From the human T2T-CHM13v2.0 reference genome, Homo sapiens: 64,000 nt of DNA. A program made the position numbers and the translations under genes. The stretch's first letter is position 1, and each line of letters begins with the position of its first letter. Positions 1-10,517 of this stretch are shown here, one piece after another. The notes below the pieces were generated by a model, which was not told the origin of the DNA, did not search any database, and worked only from the letters and a program-made list of their open reading frames with translations. The stretch lies in the NCBI RefSeq assembly GCF_009914755.1, contig NC_060927.1; one strand, given 5' to 3'.

Positions 1-191
1 GACTGGTGGATCACCTGAGGTCAGGAGTTGGAGACCAGCCTGGCCAACATGGTGAAACCCAGCCTCTACCAAAAATACAAAAATCAGCCAGGTGTGGTGG
101 CGCACGCCTGTAGTCCCAGCTACTCGGGAGGCTGAGGTAGGAGAATCACTTGAACCCGGGAGACGGAGGTTGCAGTGAGATCGCGCCACTG
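1..191 (+). mobile_element. Alu (AluS-like), cut by the window start and lacking its 3' end
   Basis: Consensus match GGATCACCTGAGGTCAGGAG...TCGCGCCACTG. Confidence 0.9.
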
Positions 192-299
192 GGTCCTTTT
201 TTTTCTTTCTTTTTTTTTTTTTTTTTTTTTTTGACGGAACTGTTCAGGACCTGACAAAGCAGCAGCTTTAAGAGTGGAGGAGCTCTCTTCGGCTGGGGA

Positions 300-3200
300 G
301 ATCCTTACTCTCCATGGCCACCAGATGGCGAAGGCTGCCCGCGGCCCAGAAGAGAGAGGAGCCTGCAGACCCGCGCGGAAACTCTGCTGCGGGACCTGGA
401 GGCCAAGGGTGAGGCGTGGGGTCCTCCTCCACTCCAACTGTGTGGGGAAACCTGGGTAGAACTTAAAGTTACAAAAGTCATTGTGCAAGCCCTGCTGTCC
501 CCACAAGGGCTTATAGGAAGGGGTTCGGAGCTTTTCAAGGAGGCAGGGGAAAATTAAACTCGTGTCTCTTAATGTGTATTTGGTGGGAGGGGAATGCTGC
601 CTGAAATAATGCATTGCTTCGGCGGCGGTCAGAGATCCATGTGACGCGGGGGCACTTTAGGGACCATTGCTGAGGGCCTGGTTAGCATTTGGGCAGCTGA
701 ATCCTTCCCTTGGCGAACTCCATACGTGCCCTCGGCGACACACAGAGGACTCCCAGAGTTGAAGAAGGGGGTGGATGTGTGTGTGCGCACTCGCCCACGT
801 CTCGTGTTTTACTTTTCATTTAAGTCGTAATAAGGAGAAATTCGATGACCAGCAAGGCTGGAGTCCCATCGTCTTGTTGGGGGAGAGGGGGGAGAAGAAA
901 AAGGTGCCTGTAACTTCAGACTGTCCAAGATATCGCTTAGCTCCTGCGCCCGGAAGAAAATCCAGCGCAGGTCGGGTTCCGGCGCGCGGAAGCCCTGCGA
1001 ACCCCAAATGTGTGCGCTGAGCCGAGGCCTCTAAGCGGTAGGAGAGAATCTGACCTCCGACATTCTTTTCAAGACACGCGCCGGTGGACCGGGTCCTGGG
1101 ATTGGCTTACTCCCGGGCTGGACCTTGGGGTTCGCATATTTGAAAGCGTAAACTTGAGGAATGACGGCGGGGTGATGGGTATTTTATAGAGTGGGACTCA
1201 ATCGTGCTCAGCAACAGATTTCTCCAAATTCCCTTTTAAAAAGAGCCTCCCAGAGCTGTCGAAATCTCCGCGGGGTGAAAGCTAAACTTTTGGAGTCGCT
1301 GTGTAGCCGGGTAGAGGACACGGCGGCGCGAGCCGGAAAGATAAGTGTCCAGGCGAATGGGAAAGGAAAGATCTTAATTTTTGTTCCTACTGTTAGCTGA
1401 ATGTCCATAAAAATCAAAGGGAATGCGGGGAAGTTTTTATTCCAGAGCGTTTCCATGACACCCGCAGAGATTTAAAAAATTACATTCCTCCCCCTACGCA
1501 GGTTTAATTCGGAAAGAAGAGACTGCAGAGGAGAGGGAAGACCGTGAGTCTGCTTTCACCTAGGTTTAAAGCGAATCAAAGACGGCTGTAAAAAGGGAAA
1601 CCGGGACCAAAAACAGATTTGGAGCCTCGAAACTCTCCATTGAAGGTTTGGAAGATACGTTGCTGCAGACTTGAAACCGGCTCCAAATCCGGCCCAAACA
1701 TGGGCTGAAAATATGGCGCGCTAATCTGCTGCTTCCCCTCCTCCTCAAGTTCTTTCTGACTCTTCCCACCTTTCCCAGTTTCCCTTCCAGACGTCTGCGG
1801 CTCCCCACTCCACCCCCAGGATAGCTACTCTACATCCCGACAATTCCCAGCTTCTACACCCAGGAGGAGGAATTCTGGAACCACCCAGAGCGAACTCGTG
1901 CCGGGGCGGGGTGGGGACCGGAGGAAGGTCCTGCTCCGAATTCTCTCCAGAGCAGAAAAGAATTCTAGAGGCTACATGTGGGCTGCTTTCCCCCCTTCTT
2001 CCTTTTTTCCCTCGCAAACCAACAACCAAAAAGTGTTTGGTGATGGAAAGAACACCAGTGGAAAACGGCAAATAACAGTATTTCCAACTCCGAGTCAGGT
2101 CCTCTTTGCACTGCTTTTTCCTGTTTCATTGCAATTTATTGATTTTATTGTGGTTTTTTGTTTATTTGGGGCAAGAACGGAGATGTGAACCAGGACGAGC
2201 CAGCAGACCCCCGAGCCAGTATCTCCTCCCTGGGCAGGGAACACCGCCTGCACCGGTGCATACTAGGAGACCCTGGCGGAGAATGTAAACAAACCGGGCG
2301 CCGAGCCCTTGATCTTTATTTAAATAGAGGCTTGTTTATCGGTGTCATCCTAGGAGGATTAATTAGATACATCTCTTCACAATTTGGTGTCTGACACTCC
2401 ATCTTAGGAATGCCTTATCATAAGGTGTTAATTGGGGCCACTCAGCCACTTACGTTTCTATTAAACACTGTGAGGGACTTTTCACAAGTACCAGGTTCTT
2501 TTTTACTGTACGATGCAAAAACATACAGGACCCGAAATAGACTAGGGCCAGAATCTGCTATATCCCGGCAGTGATTAGCACTTTGGGGCTTTCTAGAGGG
2601 CAGAAATAGGAGAGCACTGTTTTCGAAATTCCATCGCATCTCCCAATATTCGGTGGTTGGATGCAGATGTAAGGGGGCTGTTGGGGGTGTGGGGAAGGCG
2701 CTGACCAGGATAGGGGGGCTATGAGTCTCCCTTCCGGAATCTAAATCAGTCATCCACAGTACATATATCTTAAAAAGCACATCTTCAACGCTTTTGTCCT
2801 TGGCTCCCCGGTAAAGTTCGGGGCGCCTTTGCCAAAGTGTTTTGAGTAGGCCGTTCGGAAACGCGGAGCAGGAGTTCGAGCCCCCAAGGTCACGGGTGGC
2901 GCGGGAAGAACTCGGGCCCCAGAGGGACGGAGGGGAAGGGAGACAGGACAGTCGAGGTACAAGGTCCTGGCGGCCTTAATTGGGCGCAGAAGGGGAGGAG
3001 GTCTCGGCTGATTGCTCGCCTCCCAGCAGCTAATCCTCTTAGCAGCTGCATTTCCGCGCTACACAGTTAGCAGAATGATCCTCCCAGCTAGACCTTTACC
3101 CCGGGAGGGTCCAGGAGGGGGCTGGAAAGGTTTGCAATCTGGGCCTGAAGCCGTCTGCAGATAAGCCTGGCGGGACGTCTGGCTGGGGGGACAAAGGGGA

Positions 3201-3900
3201 CCCTCCACCCCACTCTTTGGACCTCCCAGGGTTCAGCCAGGGGATGGGCTGTCCTTCGTCTTCCCGTGGAGCGTGGGCCAAATAAACGGAACTAAGCGCA
3301 AGGTGAACTGCTCCAAGGTCACTGTTTGCAGAGCGGCAGTGCACGGAACGACTGGAATCCTCCTTTGTAAGTGCCACGCCCGTCCCTAGCCTGCGCCTCA
3401 GACCGAGTCCGGGCGGAGTTTGACTGCAGCTACTGAGGCCGGCAGCCGGCGGCGGCGGGTGCGCAGCGTCTGGGTTCAGAAGAAAGCCGCAGGTGGGCGC
3501 AGAAGCTGAGCTGTGTGCAGCCCCCCGCTCCGCCGCGCCCCAGGGACCCTGAACTGGTGGGCGCTCAAAGGGCCACGGGGGTTCCCAGGGAGCCTAGGTG
3601 GGCCTAAGGATGGGTGGCCCCAAGTAAGCCTAGAAAAAAGCCCAGAGAACTTAGTGGCCAGGCGCTCTGACAGAGCCTGGTCTCCAAGAGCCAGAAGCGG
3701 AGGTTTTCGAGGCTTGGTTAAGTCTGATGTGGGCAATCGGCAGCAATCTTCCCTCCCCCGTTCCCCCGCCCCCCTCCCCCGCCCCGCCAACACCCATTGT
3801 CCAGACTTCCCAGTGGGGTAAGGAAATAGCCCCATTCCACTTCAAGGAAAAAAGAAGATAAACAAAACATCCCCACCCCCGCATGACTACAGTATCCAGT
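300..3900. other. CpG-rich islands downstream (3') of EOMES
   Basis: Dense CpG patches at ~320-1340, 1880-1940 and 2800-3800. Confidence 0.75.
315..331 (+). promoter_or_regulatory. CTCF binding motif
   Basis: TGGCCACCAGATGGCGA matches the core consensus CCASYAGRKGGCR. Confidence 0.75.
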
Positions 3901-4057
3901 TAGAGATTCTAGAGCCTTCCGTGGAGGTAGGGGATGGGTGAGGCACTGTTAAAGCTGAAAACGATACAGGAGGAAGCAAAATGAGATCTTTAAAGCAAAG
4001 ATGAAAACCCCAACAGCACAGAAGACAGAGCTATGTCCGTTCCCTTACTGAACCACA

Positions 4058-4063
4058 TTTATT
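4058..4063 (-). terminator. EOMES polyadenylation signal AATAAA
   Basis: tttatt on +; upstream UGUA (4079-4084) and a downstream GU/U-rich element at ~3990-4030. Confidence 0.85.
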
Positions 4064-4353
4064 AAAAATGACTAAGACTGTACATAAAAATCCAAGATCT
4101 CTAAAATGCCTATAGGAGCTGTGGTATCAGGTTTTAGTTTCTTCACATTACCAAGTTAGGGAGAGGGGATGGCGCAAGAAGAGGATGAAATAGGAGTTTT
4201 CCTTAAACACGGTTCAAGTTAGTACATAGTAGCTGAATACATTCTTAACTATCTAAGAAGTAAACAGAATATTCCCAAATATCATGGGGATGATGAAACT
4301 CTCCCCTTGCCCCTGCAGCTGTTAAGTGATTTGCAAATTCTTTACAAAGCCAA

Positions 4354-4360
4354 AGCACCA
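4354..4360 (-). promoter_or_regulatory. miR-29 family 7mer-m8 site (UGGUGCU)
   Basis: agcacca on +; miR-29 repression of Eomes in T cells is established. Confidence 0.7.
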
Positions 4361-5025
4361 GTTTTACATTATCCCAGACACCTATGTAGACTATTTGTAC
4401 AATATATACCACATTATTCTATAGTGTATCTAAACACACAACTGTACACTTTTAAATTCTCCCTTTTTTTTTTTTTTTTTTTTGGTGACTCCTTAGCTTG
4501 CTCTCTCCTGAGTCCCACTGGCCACCCCAGCACACAGCAGAGGCCTAGCAAGTCTCAAGTGAGGCAATCCTGGACTAGGGCAAACATGGCTTGTTCCAAA
4601 AGCCGGGGGTTAAGGAATCAAAGTCAGGTGAAACTATCACTTTCACAAAAGCTTTTCTTGACTCCTGGGCCTAGTATCTTTTGCCCCTGGCAGAATGTAA
4701 CAGCAAAATGTCTCCTTCTGAAACGGAAGGCACAGCCCTCTTTCAGAAGCAAAACACCTTAACACTCGGCTTCTATTTGCTTAAGAATTTACAAATAGAA
4801 ATGAGAATCAAAGGTTTTAACTCATCTGATAGCACTGGGCACCCAATGTTCACAGCCTGCTTCTTTGAAGGGTTAGTGTCTCCCCAATAAATAAATACAG
4901 AACCTTGGATACCCTTCGAATTTTAAAATACCTTAAAGTCTTCCATTAATCTTATTTTTTAAAAATGCTAGGTTTGTTTCAGTTACCTGCAGCAATCAAA
5001 AAGCTTTGGCACCTTCTTTTAGAGA

Positions 5026-5032
5026 ATTGCAC
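5026..5032 (-). promoter_or_regulatory. miR-92/25/32 family 7mer-m8 site (GUGCAAU)
   Basis: attgcac on +; miR-92 regulation of Tbr2/Eomes in cortex is established. Confidence 0.7.
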
Positions 5033-5156
5033 AAAACAGGATGCATCAAGGTGGAAGGCAAACATCTTTTTGGCAACCTAGGCAAAGAAGACAACAAAAA
5101 ACACCACCAAGTCCATCTGCAAAAAGTTAGCTAATTTTTGAGGTTAAAATAACTCT

Positions 5157-5895
5157 TTAGGGAGTTGTGTAAAAAGCATAATACCCTCCCATGCCTTTTG
5201 AGGTGTCTTTACTATACTCTTCAGCATTAATGTCCTCACACTTTATGGAGGGTGAATTTTCATTACTGGAGTTGCTAGGAGACAGCCGCCTTCGCTTACA
5301 AGCACTGGTGTATACTCCTGAATCATTGGAATCTAGAGATTTGATGGAAGGGGGTGTCTCTATCCAAGAAGAGCCAATTTCCTCTTTCACTTTCTCCTTG
5401 GAGAGCTGATCTTCAGAGAACACAGTGGGGCTTGTTCTGGAGGTCCATGGTAGTCCAGCTGCCATCTTCCTCTGGTAAGAACCTCGACCTCCCCACCCTG
5501 CCATTGCAGGAAAGGTTGGGTCTGGGTAATACCCCAGGGCATGGGATGTCTGAAGGGGCAAGGATTTAATGCCATATGGGAGCAATGTGCTAGAAGTATA
5601 TTCAGATTCATAGGAACTGATGTCTAGTTTGTTGGTCCCAGGTTGCTGGACAGGCGTGACAAGCCACCGCTGGGGAGGGTTGGCCACCTCTTCGCTCTGT
5701 TGGGGTGAAAGGAGGCCGTTGGTCTGTGGCACGGTTCTCTCGCCATTATAATAGCGGGCTTGAGGTAAAGTGTTGACAAAGGGCTCCGGGAAGAAGGATT
5801 GAACGCCGTACCGACCTCCAGGGACAATCTGATGGGATCTAGGAGAATCCGTGGGAGATGGAGTTAACCTGTCATTTTCTGAAGCGGTGTACATG
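5157..5895 (-). CDS. EOMES: EOMES exon 6, coding part (C-terminal domain); alternative in-frame acceptor at 5838
   Basis: tgtAG|CATGTAC at 5895 and cctAG|ATCCCAT at 5838 (57 nt apart); stop TAA at 5159-5157. Confidence 0.97.
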
Positions 5896-8617
5896 CTACA
5901 ATATAAAGAGAAACACTTAAAAAAAAAAAAAAACCCTAATGTTGTCCCCAAACAAACCACCTCCCAGAAATGAAAAAGGCTTGTGTTGGTTATCTACACC
6001 GAAAGTGCTGGTCTGTTGGGCTGAAAGAACAGAGGCAGGAGATGCACTGGCCCATTTTAGCTGGACTCTTGGCTTATTGGGAAAAATTTCCCACCATGCA
6101 AGAAAAAGTTTCCTCCTAGGCATCAAGTATTTAAACTATAGAAAATCTACCTTTACTAGTCCTAGAACACGAAAAACTCAGATCAAACCTCCTTTGTCAA
6201 TGTGATGGAAAAAACACTGGCTGTGGCGGTAGAAAACTCAGATTTTAAAAAGAGCAGGGCCTTGCTATTTCGTGTTGTGAAATTACATCCTCTTAGTTTC
6301 AGTTTTTTCTTATGTTAAAAAAAAAAGTGGGGGTGGGGGAGAGTAATAATATCTGCTCTTGGGAGGATAAAAAAATGGATCAAATGAAAAGAAAGGTATA
6401 TATAAATGCAGATTCTTAAAATTTCAAATCTTCACTCAAATGCTAAAAAAACCTCTTCATTTTTAAGTCCTTAACATTTCTTCAGAAATTAACACAACCT
6501 TTCTGAGAAAAATCTAAAGCAAGATTAGTAAAGGAAAAAATTTTGGAAAAAGAAAAATATGTAAAAATCCCAAAGGTAAAAGCTCTTCCTAAAATACATT
6601 ATCAGCAAAGTGCCTGTTGATGTATGTCCTGCTCAGAGATGATCAGGCAAGTGTGGATAAAAGCTGCACTTACGAATCATAGTTGTCTCTGAAGCCTTTT
6701 GCAAAGGGGTTATGATCAATCTTTAGTTGAGTAATCTAGATAGGGGAGAAAAACAGTCATTGAGTGATTTATCATGCTGGACCTTAGCTTTAGAGATTCT
6801 TGAGATGTCTGGGACACTCACATCGGTGTTTTGGTAGGCAGTCACTGCAATGAATTGCGTTTCTGAGAAGGTAAAAGTCTGGGTCTTTGAGGGCTCATTC
6901 AAGTCCTCCACGCCATCCTCTGTAACTTCAACAATATGCAGTCGGGGTTGGTATTTGTGTAAGGATTGTAAGACTATCATCTGGAAAGAGTACAGAAAAA
7001 AATTGCTAAATCTAAAAAGCCTCTTAGTGGTTCAACAAAATTAGATTTTGACAAATTATGTATTTTGGTATTGGACTTCTAAATGCTCCTCACTAACAGC
7101 TTTGTTTATTGCAAGTTTAAAGGTCTCATTATTGCCCCCCCCCTTTTTTTTTGAAATTTAAATCATAGCTGGGTATGTGGTTGTGATAGATATGCTTTCC
7201 TCTTGGTTTCCTAAATTCCCAAAATACTTCGCTATTTCTGTTCTTAATAGTCAACTCACTGTTATCGAAATCCAATAAGAAAGTGAAGATGAGAAAGGTC
7301 AAAAGAACAAAAATGGTTAGAAATAGGCGAGCAAACAGGTCACAAATGCAAATATTATAAATACAGTGAAAAGAGTAGGGACTCTTATTAGAAAAAAGCC
7401 TTATAGTCAAAGCCAGAAGATATCCCCTCCTGCTCTGTCACTCTACCTGGGTGTTGTTGTTATTTGCGCCTTTGTTATTGGTGAGTTTTAATTTCCCGAA
7501 TGAAATCTCCTGTCTCATCCAGTGGGAACCAGTATTAGGAGACTCTGGGTGAACATACATTTTGTTGCCTAAGAGAAAATGAAACAAAACACAAAACCCA
7601 AGCATATAGGGCTGTTTACAAATGGAGAAAGCGGAGGGATGTCTCTTAGCTATGAGCAAGATATAAGAGCTAGACTTACAGTTGGTCTCCCAGTAAAAGT
7701 TGCTTAAAGAGGCCAGTGGAGACCAGCAGGACTACATCCATATCCCTCCCAGGCCCCTGTGCTTCCAACCTTCCTTGCACTAGGGACTCCCCTGAATGGC
7801 ATTTCAGAATTTAGAAACGGAGCTAACAAGAGATGACTCTTGAAGGTCAATTTGGGGCCTTCTAAAGCTGTAAGGGCAACATCCGATGGAAGACAGTTGG
7901 ATATTTATGGGTGAACTAAACTTTGGCTGGGCTTTCTCAAGTGAACATTAGAATCCCAGGAGCCCTTCCCACCTGGAGAGCTTATGACTACTGATTTGTT
8001 AAACGTAGGGATTGGGGGGTGGGGTGATGTCTTAGTTAAAGGTTCTAAATATCTACATATTGGCAGACAAGAAATCTGACTTAGCAAACTCTCCTCTCCG
8101 TCAAACAAGCAACTCAAAGACACTCATACTAACACCTCTAGGCCTCAGAATGGAAGGGGAAAAAAAAAGTGCTACATTTAAATGTGAGTTGTGTGAGTCG
8201 AGGGTTACGATTTCTTCCCGCCCGTTCCTCCCCGGCCCGAGCCTCTTCTCTGCTCACCCTGCATGTTATTGTCGGCTTTGCCACAGGTCACCCATTTGCC
8301 CCCCTGGAAGCGCCAGTGGTTGGGGTCCGCCAGCACCACCTCTACGAACACATTGTAGTGGGCAGTGGGATTGAGTCCGTTTATGTTGAAGCTCAAGAAA
8401 GGAAACATGCGCCTGTGCAAGGGAATAGAATCAGAAAAATCGATTTTAATTGGGATGTCCTAGAACAGGCCCAGGCCCCAGCGGGTTCCCCAGACACCTG
8501 GGATAGGGTCGGAACACATTTAAAAGTTTGCAGTGAACAGAATGCTGGTAGATCAAGTGGTCTGAAACTATGTAAAATATTTTTGAGTTGGCAACTCTTG
8601 GAACCTTTCCGTCTTTT

Positions 8618-8662
<45 letters not shown>

Positions 8663-10382
8663 TGCCCCAACATCGGTATATTCCAAATTCGCGCGTGCTT
8701 CCGAAGGCTCATATTCTCGGCCCTTTCAGACGCTCTTAAAATTTTTCTCCTAGAATGTTAAAAACTACTAATTTTTAAATGCACCATTTTGAAAAGTACC
8801 AGAGAACAATATTAGGTTATTCTTGTTAAAAATATATATTAAAACTTTAGGCTAAAAGTCCCCTTTGAGTGCCCCTCTCTCAGCACCCACCCCTCCCTTT
8901 CCCCAGAAGTAGCCAGTGTTAGCAGTTGGATGTATATCAGAACTTTCTCGCGCACCGAACCCGAGCCAGGTCTGGCTCCAGGGCAGATCTAACCACCTAC
9001 TCCGACCGAGCTTCCGAGGCCGGCGCTCTAGCCTTCATGCCCACCTCCCGGAGACGCCCCGTGGAGACCCTGGCGCCTAAAACTGCGGGAGCCCATCTAC
9101 TGCGCTCAGGTGGCCAGCTCTTGAGCCTTCCCTATCCGTGGCTCCTTGCCGGCATGCAGGCATGCACAAGCATACCGCCGAGCAGGAGGATCTAACGAAT
9201 CCAGCTTGTGGACATGCCCTAATTTCCATTTCCGCCTCCTCCAGGTCTGTTCAGGTGAGGATGATGGGAGGGAAAAGCGGTGTACAGCCGTAACATTGGC
9301 ACCCTGCAAGAGCCGCCGGGGCACTGACACAGAGGGACACCGCATTGGAGATGCGGTGTCTACGGAGATTTATTGCGCGCGGTGAAACACTCTAAGCACC
9401 GCGCGGAACAACTGGGTTCAGCTCCCTCATCCCGGACCTTCCCCAGGACCACACGTCACCCTTTATCCCCGAACCCAGGGGCCCCTCCACGCTGCGCTCA
9501 CCTGCCCTGTTTCGTAATGATCATCTCAGTTTGGTGGCGGTGGAATTTGAGCCACAGAGGCCGGTTGCACAGGTAGACGTGGGCACGGAAGCCAGAACCT
9601 GGAACCCCCAGGCCCCCCAGTCCTCCGCAAGATCCCGCCGCTGCGGCTCCAGGGTACGGCCCGTAGAGCGGAGCCCCCTGGCTGTACTGATAGGTGCCCG
9701 GGCCGCCGCCCCCGCCGCTGCTACCGCCCGCGCCACTGCCCGCACCGGCTCCTGGGCCGAACTGCGCCCTCCCGGGTGGGCACACAGCCGCGGGGAAGCC
9801 GCCGGGGGGCAGCATGGAGCCGTAGGGGTAGCGCGCCCCGTTAGGAGCCGGGTACACAGGTCCGTGGGGCGCCCCAGCCGCCGCCTGGTACGGGAAGAGT
9901 GAGCAGGGCGCAGCCAGCTCCGACCCCTGAGGACCGGGGGACTGGAGGTAGTACCGCTCGGAGCTCAGGCTGTCCATGGAGTAGCGCGCAGTGGCCGCAG
10001 CCGCGGCGGCGGCGGCGGCGGCGGCTGCAGCGGCGGAGGGCAGCTCCTCCTCCCCGCAGGGGGAGCCCTTGCGGCCGTCCGGGGGCCCCGGCTTGGCCAC
10101 TGCCGCAGCGCTGGCAAATGCGTCCCCGGCGTCGGTGTCACTAAGCATGGCCGCGGGGGCCCCTGCGCTGGCGGCTGCGGGCTCCCCGCTCACCGCCTCG
10201 CAGGAGAGACTGCCGGAAAACTTCTTGGACGCTTTGTCTAAGTCCAACTTCTGAGGAGAGGGGGCCGCGCTGGGGAGGTGGCCAGCGCTCCCGCCGCTGC
10301 CGCCTCGCGCACTCTCCAGCGGGTAGAAGTGCGCGCCAGGCAGGTTCACTGAGCTCACCAAGAGCTGCTCCCCTAACTGCAT
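5157..10382 (-). CDS. EOMES: Eomesodermin (TBR2) T-box transcription factor, spliced CDS join(10382-9502,8412-8258,7568-7447,6980-6822,6735-6674,5895-5157), 705 aa
   Basis: Starts [20 protein letters not shown]; T-box [27 protein letters not shown]...[17 protein letters not shown]; ends [13 protein letters not shown]. Exon lengths 881+155+122+159+62+739=2118 nt, all GT-AG and phase-compatible. Confidence 0.99.
6674..6735 (-). CDS. EOMES: EOMES exon 5 (end of T-box)
   Basis: tctAG|ATTACTCAA; [20 protein letters not shown]; TC|GTAAGT. Confidence 0.98.
6822..6980 (-). CDS. EOMES: EOMES exon 4 (T-box)
   Basis: ttccAG|ATGATAG; [19 protein letters not shown]...[11 protein letters not shown]; GAT|GTGAGT. 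Confidence 0.98.
7447..7568 (-). CDS. EOMES: EOMES exon 3 (T-box)
   Basis: ttctcttAG|GCAAC; [31 protein letters not shown]; CAG|GTAGAG. Confidence 0.98.
8258..8412 (-). CDS. EOMES: EOMES exon 2 (T-box)
   Basis: ttgcacAG|GCGCATG acceptor; [40 protein letters not shown]; G|GTGAGC donor. Confidence 0.98.
8619..8659 (+). repeat. A41 mononucleotide tract in intron 1
   Basis: Direct count. Confidence 0.95.
9502..10382 (-). CDS. EOMES: EOMES coding exon 1 (N-terminus, poly-Ala, start of T-box)
   Basis: ATG at 10382; donor CAG|GTGAGC after 9502; lies in ORF 9498..10517. Confidence 0.98.
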
Positions 10383-10429
10383 GCTTTGCAAAGCGCAGAC
10401 GGCAGCTGGCTGCTTCCTCTCCTCCGGTG

Positions 10430-10445
10430 GCCTTATTATAAAGGC
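10430..10445 (-). promoter_or_regulatory. Proximal TATA-like box (TTTATAATAA)
   Basis: AT island in GC-rich DNA ~55 nt upstream of the ATG. Confidence 0.55.
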
Positions 10446-10517
10446 AGGATGGGGGAGCCAGCGCCCTCTTCCGAGGGGAAGGTAACTTCCCCTTCCTCCC
10501 GCGCCGGGGCTACCCAC

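Larger units (their letters stand above)
4040..5156 (-). other. EOMES: EOMES 3' UTR (~1.1 kb)
   Basis: Runs from the stop codon to the AATAAA at 4063-4058; the 3' end is approximate. Confidence 0.85.

Noticed and set aside
5896-5960. N-terminal part of ORF 5157..5960 ([13 protein letters not shown]...)
   Set aside because: Intronic polypyrimidine tract read in frame
9531-10254. Plus-strand ORFs, including a poly-Ala ORF antisense to exon 1
   Set aside because: GC-rich shadow frames of the EOMES CDS
10383-10517. 45-aa N-terminal extension in ORF 9498..10517
   Set aside because: It begins at a GTG that is the splice donor and spans the proximal TATA; the known N-terminus is MQLGEQ at 10382
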